Virus record (IMG/VR): IMGVR_UViG_3300025018_000391
Span: 1-31,491 of that record
DNA: 31,491 nucleotides
Direction: 5' to 3' (one strand)
Source: a virus
Taxonomy: Duplodnaviria; Caudoviricetes
The position numbers and the translations under genes are program-made. Below are positions 25,349 to 31,294 of this stretch, piece after piece. Every line of letters begins with the position of its first letter. The first letter of the stretch is position 1. The notes beneath the pieces are model-generated. The model ran no database searches and had not been told where the DNA came from. It worked only from the letters and a program-made list of their open reading frames with translations.

Positions 25349-27099
25349 AGTCTTTTCATAATTTCATAAACTACATTAACTGTTACCGCATTTCCCATCA
25401 TCTTGTACCGTTGAGTATCCGAGAAATCGTAAGTCCAACCAACAGAAGTTTTAATTCCTATCGTAAAGGTATTTTGATTTTGTATTTCTTTTGGAATGTA
25501 TCCATTTATGGCACGGATTACAAACGAGGATAAGATTGTTAATTTTTGTTCTAAATTCTTTATGTCTAAAAGGTTTGATGTGGTGGACTTCAAAAGTTCT
25601 TTGAGTATGATTAAATCGTTCCCTACATCTTCTACAGGTAGCATTATCTCTTTTCCAAATAACCTTACGAGCTTCTTTCCATTCGGTTGAACTATCAAAC
25701 ATTCCTCTTTCTTTAGTGATTCCACCTCTCCAGAATTTATTATTTTCTCCAGAATTGAAATCATAATAACAGCGAGGTGAACAAAATCTTCTTTCTTTAT
25801 AAGCGGGTGAAACTTTTTTAATTCTTCCACAGAGTTTACATAACAAATTGATTTTCCTTGACTGACTATCTCCACTTTTGATTCCTCGCAATTTATAAGC
25901 ACATCTGGGAGAACAAGTTTGTCTGTTAGTTGATTTTTTATATTCAAATTGTTTTCCACAGATAATACAATTTCTTTTAATCCGCTTTTTTCTACACTCC
26001 CAACAGGTTTTAGCGACTTGTGATTTTGGTTTTCCACATTTACAAGGTTCTTTTGATTGTCTAAACATACCTTAATTATAACATATTTTTCTATTTCAGG
26101 AAATCCCTGTAACCGTTCACATTCAAGGGGTGTCAATCTCCGAATAGCCATTTCATTCACCATCACTCCATGTATATCTTGACCAGTCAGAGTAAATGCC
26201 GGCTCTCCATCTGTTTTGAATCTACGCCCATTCTGGCGCTTTTCTGGTCTGTCAGGCGTTAAGACGGGAATTGCTACTTTCGGTTGCCTTCTTCCTCCTT
26301 GCATGGTATTTAATGTCGGACTTATCCCTTCCTCACCGTACACCCTGTCGTTTGAGTGGGCGGGTTGATTGATTTGTTTAATTTCTTGTGCATTGAGTTT
26401 ACTTTCACCAATGTACGTTCCGACTGCTCCTGCTCCTCCGTATCTTGCGGTAAGGGTGTTTGTGATATGTCTCTGTAACTCATCAATCGCTTGACCATCT
26501 TCTCCGACAGGAAATACTTTTGATCTGGGGACTCCTCCAAGATATCCGATAACGAACACTCTTTCCCTATTCTGGGGGACACCAAAGTTTTTGCTGTTAA
26601 GTACCTGCCACTCAACGAAATACCCCAAGTCGGTGAGAACCCCAATGATTGTCTGGAAAGTTTGCCCCCCATCGTGAGATAGTAAACCTTTAACATTTTC
26701 AAGTAATATATTCCGTGGTTTTTTGTGAGAGAGAATCCGTGCGATGTCAAAAAAGAGTGTTCCTCTTGTGTCGTCAAATCCGTGTCTTTTTCCAGCAATA
26801 CTGAAAGACTGGCAAGGAAATCCTCCAACCAGGAGGTCAAAGTCGGGGAGTTGTCGTTCATCAATTTTAGTTGCGTCTCCATAGTTTTTTGTTTCGGGGA
26901 ATTTTGTTGATAATAATTGGTTTGCATATTTATCGATTTCGGAGAAACCAACACAAAGTGGACGTCCCATGTGTTGTGATGGCTTGCTCTTACTGTCGGT
27001 GCTATTTTTGGATTTAATTTTAAATTGTGATAAGTCATACGCTTGTTGTATTCCTAATTCAAAACCGCCCACACCTGTGAACATAGAAAAATATTTCAT
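25345..27099 (-). CDS. C5-cytosine DNA methyltransferase with a 218-codon in-frame insert between motifs IX and X
   Basis: Motif I FTGVGG, IV GGFPCQSFS, VI LLENVKGL, VIII PQNRERVF, IX RRLTPLECERLQGFP, X QRYKMMGNAV. Confidence 0.92.
   Translation of the reverse strand: MKYFSMFTGVGGFELGIQQAYDLSQFKIKSKNSTDSKSKPSQHMGRPLCVGFSEIDKYANQLLSTKFPETKNYGDATKIDERQLPDFDLLVGGFPCQSFSIAGKRHGFDDTRGTLFFDIARILSHKKPRNILLENVKGLLSHDGGQTFQTIIGVLTDLGYFVEWQVLNSKNFGVPQNRERVFVIGYLGGVPRSKVFPVGEDGQAIDELQRHITNTLTARYGGAGAVGTYIGESKLNAQEIKQINQPAHSNDRVYGEEGISPTLNTMQGGRRQPKVAIPVLTPDRPEKRQNGRRFKTDGEPAFTLTGQDIHGVMVNEMAIRRLTPLECERLQGFPEIEKYVIIKVCLDNQKNLVNVENQNHKSLKPVGSVEKSGLKEIVLSVENNLNIKNQLTDKLVLPDVLINCEESKVEIVSQGKSICYVNSVEELKKFHPLIKKEDFVHLAVIMISILEKIINSGEVESLKKEECLIVQPNGKKLVRLFGKEIMLPVEDVGNDLIILKELLKSTTSNLLDIKNLEQKLTILSSFVIRAINGYIPKEIQNQNTFTIGIKTSVGWTYDFSDTQRYKMMGNAVTVNVVYEIMKRL
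25441..26094 (-). mobile_element. Putative mobile HNH insertion within the methyltransferase
   Basis: Interrupts GFP(E/D)-GWT, normally contiguous in C5-MTases. Consists of a promoter, the HNH ORF and 10 nt of downstream sequence. Confidence 0.75.
25451..26068 (-). CDS. Zn-finger/NUMOD3-like HNH homing endonuclease, nested in the +2 frame of the methyltransferase
   Basis: Repeated CxxC...CSPRC units, GENNKFWRGG, RDNATCRRC, EVHHIKP...NLILVCNPCHKWIH. TGTTATAAT-taaggt-ATG promoter. Confidence 0.9.
   Translation of the reverse strand: MFRQSKEPCKCGKPKSQVAKTCWECRKKRIKRNCIICGKQFEYKKSTNRQTCSPRCAYKLRGIKSGDSQSRKINLLCKLCGRIKKVSPAYKERRFCSPRCYYDFNSGENNKFWRGGITKERGMFDSSTEWKEARKVIWKRDNATCRRCRERFNHTQRTFEVHHIKPFRHKEFRTKINNLILVCNPCHKWIHSKRNTKSKYLYDRN
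26322..27038 (-). CDS. Overprinted ORF in the +1 frame of the methyltransferase, resembling the M.EcoHK31I beta-type polypeptide
   Basis: 238 open codons; contains TSWLEDFLASLS and ECSLSDILEESPDQKYFLSEK. True start uncertain. Confidence 0.65.
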   Translation of the reverse strand: MTYHNLKLNPKIAPTVRASHHNTWDVHFVLVSPKSINMQTNYYQQNSPKQKTMETQLKLMNDNSPTLTSWLEDFLASLSVLLEKDTDLTTQEEHSFLTSHGFSLTKNHGIYYLKMLKVYYLTMGGKLSRQSLGFSPTWGISLSGRYLTAKTLVSPRIGKECSLSDILEESPDQKYFLSEKMVKRLMSYRDISQTPLPQDTEEQEQSERTLVKVNSMHKKLNKSINPPTQTTGCTVRKG

Positions 27100-27114
27100 A
27101 ATTTCCGACCGAAT

Positions 27115-27642
27115 TTATAAATCATCAGGAATAGAATCAGGATCAACATCTTCATTCATAGGGTGACCACCCCCCTGACCACTAGGTGACTCTATTACCA
27201 TTACCATTACCATTACCATGTCCTTTTTCCATTTGATGATAAAATCTTTTCCTTTATTAAAAGAAAGCATAGGTTTGAGCTTAAAATCGGCGAAAAAATG
27301 TTTTTTTATATCAATAGGAATAGCATCAAATTCTTTTTTTACTGATTGGGCTATGTGAATAGTTGGGGAAAAGGAATTATGTTTATAAAAGTTATTTACG
27401 TATATCCAATCTTTGAAGAAAAAATATTTTCGGTCGCTTTCAAATTTCTTTTTTATTTCTTGAAGTTTGGGCAAATCTATATTGGAGTAAGGCAAAATGT
27501 ATTTGTCGGGTAATTCATAAATACCGCATTTTGTTACGTAACTGTTGCTGAAAAGAAATAAGAATAAATTTCTCTCGTCATTGTCAAGATGTGATATGTA
27601 GCTGTCATTCCAGTAATTAGTGTTGAGGTATCTATGTTTCAT
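27115..27642 (-). CDS. Phage replication initiator/replisome organizer-like protein (N-terminal winged helix)
   Basis: RYLNTNYWNDSYI..LD..ERNLFLFLFSN....CGIYEL...WIYVNNFYKHN pattern. Confidence 0.7.
   Translation of the reverse strand: MKHRYLNTNYWNDSYISHLDNDERNLFLFLFSNSYVTKCGIYELPDKYILPYSNIDLPKLQEIKKKFESDRKYFFFKDWIYVNNFYKHNSFSPTIHIAQSVKKEFDAIPIDIKKHFFADFKLKPMLSFNKGKDFIIKWKKDMVMVMVMVIESPSGQGGGHPMNEDVDPDSIPDDL
27194..27217 (+). repeat. (ATTACC)x4 tandem repeat within the replication gene
   Basis: Seen directly; encodes MVMVMVMV on the minus strand. Confidence 0.9.
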
Positions 27643-27821
27643 TTATTACCCTCCTTTGGATCGTGGATTTCTCCTGTCTCTTGATTGATAATGAGGGTGC
27701 CCGTTCCATTGCAGGTATGGCATTTAATTTTTTTATACGTCACAGTACCCCAGCCATTGCAGTTGGTACAGCGAAATGGTACAAATTTGGTTTTTACGTC
27801 GTTTATTTGGTCTTTGGGCAT
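27639..27821 (-). CDS. Small DnaJ-type Zn-finger protein
   Basis: CTNCNGWG and CHTCNGTG motifs. Confidence 0.75.
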   Translation of the reverse strand: MPKDQINDVKTKFVPFRCTNCNGWGTVTYKKIKCHTCNGTGTLIINQETGEIHDPKEGNK

Positions 27822-27901
27822 ATCTTCACTAAATTCAATTATTCATTATTAACTATCAAAGCACCTGAACCGTACTACACGTCATTCCCCTTACACCATT
27901 C

Positions 27902-27930
27902 ACTGTAACAGGATATTTGGAGAATGTCAA
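27902..27930 (-). promoter_or_regulatory. Sigma70-type promoter for the Zn-finger/replication/MTase operon
   Basis: TTGACA-17-TACAGT with extended TG. Confidence 0.65.
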
Positions 27931-28089
27931 ATGAATTTGGATTGTTCAAGAAATGTGAACCCTATTGGGGAAAAATGGTGTACGATTTGGGATGTGGTAT
28001 AACCTGAATCTGAACTTATAAAAGCCCATCGGCTGCCCACCCCCCCCACTCACGTTCGTATATAGTTTACGTTCGTATGGGCTGAATAA

Positions 28090-28133
28090 TATACGAGACG
28101 TCGTAAATTGTATATTATACGACGTGGCGTATA
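28090..28133. repeat. 16-bp imperfect inverted repeat
   Basis: TATACGagACGTCGTA / TACGACGTggCGTATA with a 12-nt AT-rich loop. Confidence 0.85.
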
Positions 28134-28236
28134 GTAGATATAGAGTATCACAACAGTGTATGTTGATTGTTGCCATGTCAATACCAGATTATAGGCTATG
28201 TACTATGGGATATTATTATTTTACGGTTTTAGATAA

Positions 28237-28282
28237 TTCCCGCAGATTTCCCGCATGATATATTTACCGCATAATTACCGCA
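28237..28282 (+). repeat. Four TT(C/A)CCGCA direct repeats
   Basis: At 28237, 28248, 28264 and 28275 (spacing 11/16/11). Confidence 0.85.
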
Positions 28283-28358
28283 AAAGGGAAAGGGGCGAGT
28301 TACTTTCTACCTCATATCAGCATGCTGTCGTGTTAACATATTAACGCATTGATACGTT

Positions 28359-28814
28359 TCACTCTTCCAGCTCCTCCTCGATCAACTGTAGTTCCTTCTG
28401 TAGGTCTTCTGATGTCAGACTCACTGTAGCGTTCAAGCTCTTGCGTTCGATCTTACTAGGTGCATTCAAGCCAATAATTTTAGCTAGTGAATTAGCGTAG
28501 TCTAGTATTAGCTTTCTGTCTAACTGTCCCTTCTCATCTTTTGCGTCCAGTCCTTCAATATATCTGCCTTCTATTTTTTTGTCGATTCCCTCTTCTCTGA
28601 TTCGTTCCAAAAAAGCCTGGCGAAAATTGATCTTATTAGTGTTTTGCCTTGCTAAATCTGCACCCGTTCCATTAGTGTTATATATTCGCTTGTGTATTTT
28701 TGCCATATCAAGCGGCGTATGTTTCTGGACATCACGTACGGCGAGTTCAATAACAGTAGCTTGCTTCGTTGAGAGCCCGTGGGGATTGGCTAGGCTAGGC
28801 TTAATCAGTGGCAT
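28359..28814 (-). CDS. Probable terminase small subunit
   Basis: GLSTKQ N-terminal HTH-like region, GADLARQN, EGLDAK...LAKIIGL..PSKIE and a C-terminal helix, as in TerS proteins. TGGTATAAT-N6-ATG. Confidence 0.65.
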   Translation of the reverse strand: MPLIKPSLANPHGLSTKQATVIELAVRDVQKHTPLDMAKIHKRIYNTNGTGADLARQNTNKINFRQAFLERIREEGIDKKIEGRYIEGLDAKDEKGQLDRKLILDYANSLAKIIGLNAPSKIERKSLNATVSLTSEDLQKELQLIEEELEE

Positions 28815-28915
28815 ATTCAGATTATACCATAATTCAACACATGATCACATTGATACACTTTGATATATCACTAATTTGACCTACAAGGGGCTTCTCAGAC
28901 TTTTAAGCTATATTT

Positions 28916-28932
28916 AATCAGCCTATGGCTGA
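28916..28932. promoter_or_regulatory. Palindromic putative operator AATCAGCCTATGGCTGA (copy 1)
   Basis: Near-identical copy at 30475-30491. Confidence 0.55.
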
Positions 28933-29024
28933 TAATGTACTCTTGTTTATATTGTTCTATTGTCCCAATCTTCACACTCTTACACATCCAATACACAATA
29001 TGACGATAAACTATCGATTATCTG

Positions 29025-29053
29025 TTGACAATAGATAATATTTATGGTAACTT
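29025..29053 (+). promoter_or_regulatory. Early rightward promoter
   Basis: TTGACA-17-TAACTT with extended TG. Confidence 0.65.
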
Positions 29054-29175
29054 TAGAGTAGATCAAATAAAAGCACGTTAACAAACAGTAGTAGTAGTAA
29101 GACCAGGTACCATCTAGTACCTAGTAAGACACAAGGCACAGAGCAAGATTTAAAAATTACCTTGAACAAAAACCT

Positions 29176-29466
29176 ATGACAATAATTCAGCAAATCAATC
29201 CAGTCTCTGGGACATTATACAGCGGGCGCAACTTAGTAGAACTTGCAACGGTAGCAGAAAAAAGACAATACAAGAGCAATAAGTGGGTCACATTCTTACA
29301 GGCTCGACAATTAAAAAGAATGATAAAAAAAGGGGAAAAATCACTGTCAGTTTTTAGAGGTTACGCAAGAGAAGAGCGAAAGAATCAGGAAGGAAAGATC
29401 AGAGTAGAAAGCTATCCACTAGGCTGGGCGAAAGTTTTCAATCTCGATCAAACAATTGCAATATGA
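29176..29466 (+). CDS. ArdC-like N-terminal ssDNA-binding domain protein (antirestriction-associated)
   Basis: NPVSGTLYSGRNLVEL...YKSNKWVTFLQARQL...IKKGEK...VFNLDQT. Confidence 0.85.
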   Translation: MTIIQQINPVSGTLYSGRNLVELATVAEKRQYKSNKWVTFLQARQLKRMIKKGEKSLSVFRGYAREERKNQEGKIRVESYPLGWAKVFNLDQTIAI

Positions 29467-29510
29467 AAAATCTTGCTTGCTTTGTGTTTTACTCATTATT
29501 AATTACAAAT

Positions 29511-29690
29511 ATGACTATGACAAACAAAGAAAAAGAAACAATAGCCCTGGCCTCTGATATAGATACGCTGCCTTATGGAGTAGTAGGAATGGCAAAGGAA
29601 CGAGAAGAGATAGAGACAAGGGAACAAGAGAACAAAAGGGAAATAAGTATTTATGAAGCGTTACATTATCAATTTATATCAACTACATGA
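29511..29690 (+). CDS. Small early hypothetical protein (longer start at 29463 possible)
   Basis: MTMTNKEKETIALASD...; AT-rich leader; ATGA overlap with the next ORF. Confidence 0.55.
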   Translation: MTMTNKEKETIALASDIDTLPYGVVGMAKEREEIETREQENKREISIYEALHYQFISTT

Positions 29691-29809
29691 CTAAAGAACT
29701 AGCAAAGAAGGTCTATAAACATCTCATAGACCATAACATGGGATTTTGTTTTCTTGAGAATGGGGAACTGATAGACCGTGAATATTGTTTAAGTATTATT
29801 AATTCTTAA
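29687..29809 (+). CDS. Micro-ORF (40 aa)
   Basis: Hand translation MTKELAKKVYKHLIDHNMGFCFLENGELIDREYCLSIINS. Confidence 0.55.
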   Translation: MTKELAKKVYKHLIDHNMGFCFLENGELIDREYCLSIINS

Positions 29810-29817
29810 TTAAATAT

Positions 29818-29982
29818 ATGAGCGACAAACAAAAGATAGAAGCAATACTATCACTTCTAACTGATAAAAACGTCGGAAAGTTGGAGAAAGCAAAGCAACT
29901 CATAAGCGACGATGAGAAGTTCGGAGCCCTGGTATTTGCTTCTCATACGTTCCAAAAGGCGTACAAGATAGCACGGGGATGA
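29818..29982 (+). CDS. Micro-ORF (54 aa)
   Basis: Hand translation MSDKQKIEAILSLLTDKNVGKLEKAKQLISDDEKFGALVFASHTFQKAYKIARG. Confidence 0.6.
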   Translation: MSDKQKIEAILSLLTDKNVGKLEKAKQLISDDEKFGALVFASHTFQKAYKIARG

Positions 29983-30019
29983 TTTTACAAAGTGAGTACA
30001 TTAATAATTAATATTAAAT

Positions 30020-30139
30020 ATGAAATACAAAACAAAGGAAGAAGCGATAAGAGCAGCAGATATGGAGAATATGGGTAGAGATTATAGTACAGCATACGTT
30101 TTGGCAGAGGGTGATCACTATATAGTCGTGATCAAATAA
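30020..30139 (+). CDS. Micro-ORF (39 aa)
   Basis: Hand translation MKYKTKEEAIRAADMENMGRDYSTAYVLAEGDHYIVVIK. Confidence 0.55.
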   Translation: MKYKTKEEAIRAADMENMGRDYSTAYVLAEGDHYIVVIK

Positions 30140-30166
30140 GTGAATAATTATTAATTATTTAATTTT

Positions 30167-30373
30167 ATGAATACATATCTAGTAATATCAGCCCTCGATC
30201 ATCAAATCATAGAAGCTGAGACTGAACAAAAAGCCCTGGTTGAATCTCTAACAAGAGAATCTGATTTATCGCATATTGGAGCAAGTAAAGAGAACATCAG
30301 ACAAGAGCTGATATTCAATGGCTTTAAGTCAATGAAAGGAACAAGTATTATAAATATTTATCAATTAATCTAA
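30167..30373 (+). CDS. Small early hypothetical protein
   Basis: 68 aa ORF in the tandem early array. Confidence 0.6.
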   Translation: MNTYLVISALDHQIIEAETEQKALVESLTRESDLSHIGASKENIRQELIFNGFKSMKGTSIINIYQLI

Positions 30374-30377
30374 TCCT

Positions 30378-30491
30378 ATGAACATCAAAGAACTACGAAG
30401 ACAATTAGGATGGTACAAGGGTATGACAGTGCGAGAGGTGATCGAGTTTTGGGATCGGATTTTAGCCATAAGCCAATCAGCCTTTGGCTGA
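30378..30491 (+). CDS. Micro-ORF (37 aa)
   Basis: Hand translation MNIKELRRQLGWYKGMTVREVIEFWDRILAISQSAFG. Confidence 0.5.
   Translation: MNIKELRRQLGWYKGMTVREVIEFWDRILAISQSAFG
30475..30491. promoter_or_regulatory. Palindromic putative operator AATCAGCCTTTGGCTGA (copy 2)
   Basis: Lies in the -35 region upstream of the HTH gene's TACAAT. Confidence 0.55.
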
Positions 30492-30516
30492 AATATTATT
30501 AATTTACAATAAATAT

Positions 30517-30696
30517 ATGAAAATAGACAAACGATTTAAACTATCACGTAATTTAAACATTTACCGTGATATGAAAGAAAAGAAGCTACATATTTGGCAA
30601 ATAGCCCATAAGTACAAAATAACTAGCACCAGACTCTATGCAATTTTTAATCAAGTAAAAAGATTAGATCAAGAATTTATAGATTCTCAAAAATGA
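30517..30696 (+). CDS. Small HTH DNA-binding protein (Mor/sigma-region-4-like)
   Basis: RNLNIYRDM..KLHIWQIAHKYKITSTRLYAIF. TACAAT-N6-ATG at 30517. Confidence 0.7.
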   Translation: MKIDKRFKLSRNLNIYRDMKEKKLHIWQIAHKYKITSTRLYAIFNQVKRLDQEFIDSQK

Positions 30697-30768
30697 TCAA
30701 AAAATCATAAAAGGGAAAGGGGAGCCTCGCGCGCGGGAAGCGTAAAAGGGAAAGCAAATCAATACCTA

Positions 30769-30797
30769 TTGACATGACATGTTGTTTATGATACCAT
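30769..30797 (+). promoter_or_regulatory. Sigma70-type promoter
   Basis: TTGACA-tgacatgttgtttatga(17)-TACCAT. Confidence 0.6.
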
Positions 30798-30808
30798 CAA
30801 ATATATAT

Positions 30809-31054
30809 ATGAAAACAAAAAAAGACAAACGAAAACAACCTAGATGGTGGCAACATTTTAAAGCTTGGATTGGTGGTTATTTTTGGATTCCTTGTCCTAT
30901 ATGCAAAGAATATTTCGGAGGAAATGATGAACCGTGGGGAACATTATATACAAGCTATAACGGCTATAACGGCGGGGAGTTTCCTTCGCGATTCGGAAAA
31001 AAAGTTTGTGCAAATTGTGAAGCTGAAGCTGAGAAAATAAACCAAAACCATTGA
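30809..31054 (+). CDS. Small Zn-ribbon hypothetical protein
   Basis: GYFWIPCPICKEYFGG...VCANC. Confidence 0.65.
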   Translation: MKTKKDKRKQPRWWQHFKAWIGGYFWIPCPICKEYFGGNDEPWGTLYTSYNGYNGGEFPSRFGKKVCANCEAEAEKINQNH

Positions 31055-31079
31055 CAACCAAATTATAAAAATATACAGT
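31051..31079 (+). promoter_or_regulatory. Sigma70-type promoter for the recombination genes
   Basis: TTGACA-17-TACAGT; ATG 5 nt downstream. Confidence 0.6.
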
Positions 31080-31084
31080 AAATT

Positions 31085-31282
31085 ATGATCATAAACAAAA
31101 ATACAGAATACAGTCTCAACGGATATATTGTAGCTGTAGATGAGAGTGATACCAAAAAAACGTATACCATATTTGATAACAATATGATCATTTGTGAAAT
31201 TGACGGAGTACACGCAGAAAAGGTAGCAGATACGTTACTAGAGGTTATTTATGATTTGGAGAAGGATCAAATTAATTATTAA
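31085..31282 (+). CDS. Hypothetical acidic protein
   Basis: 65 aa ORF directly after the promoter. Confidence 0.6.
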   Translation: MIINKNTEYSLNGYIVAVDESDTKKTYTIFDNNMIICEIDGVHAEKVADTLLEVIYDLEKDQINY

Positions 31283-31294
31283 TTATTTATATAT

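Noticed and set aside
25441-26094. Intein interpretation of the MTase insert (contains CLDN near the start and QNT near the end)
   Set aside because: The Cys and Asn are not at the junctions, there is no TxxH block B or terminal HN, and the CL arises from the overlapping HNH start codon. Not formally excluded without an HMM search.
25441-26094. Group I/II intron interpretation of the same insert
   Set aside because: Only 26 nt and 10 nt flank the HNH ORF, no ribozyme core was recognisable, and splicing would not require an open host frame.
380-27908. Numerous plus-strand ORFs (e.g. 380-691, 6882-7226, 12791-13225, 16591-16983)
   Set aside because: They are antisense shadows of well-supported minus-strand genes, with no motifs or start signals.
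27946-28176. 76-aa minus-strand ORF in the terS downstream region
   Set aside because: It runs through the inverted repeat and C-run with atypical composition; the region looks non-coding.
28040-28295. Possible CRISPR array or tRNA in the repeat-rich intergenic region
   Set aside because: The repeats are 8-10 bp without spacer periodicity, and no cloverleaf or T-loop motif was seen.
28838-28870. Three imperfect CAC(A/T)(T)TGAT repeats upstream of the terS -10
   Set aside because: They are short and degenerate; they could be an activator site but cannot be told from chance here.
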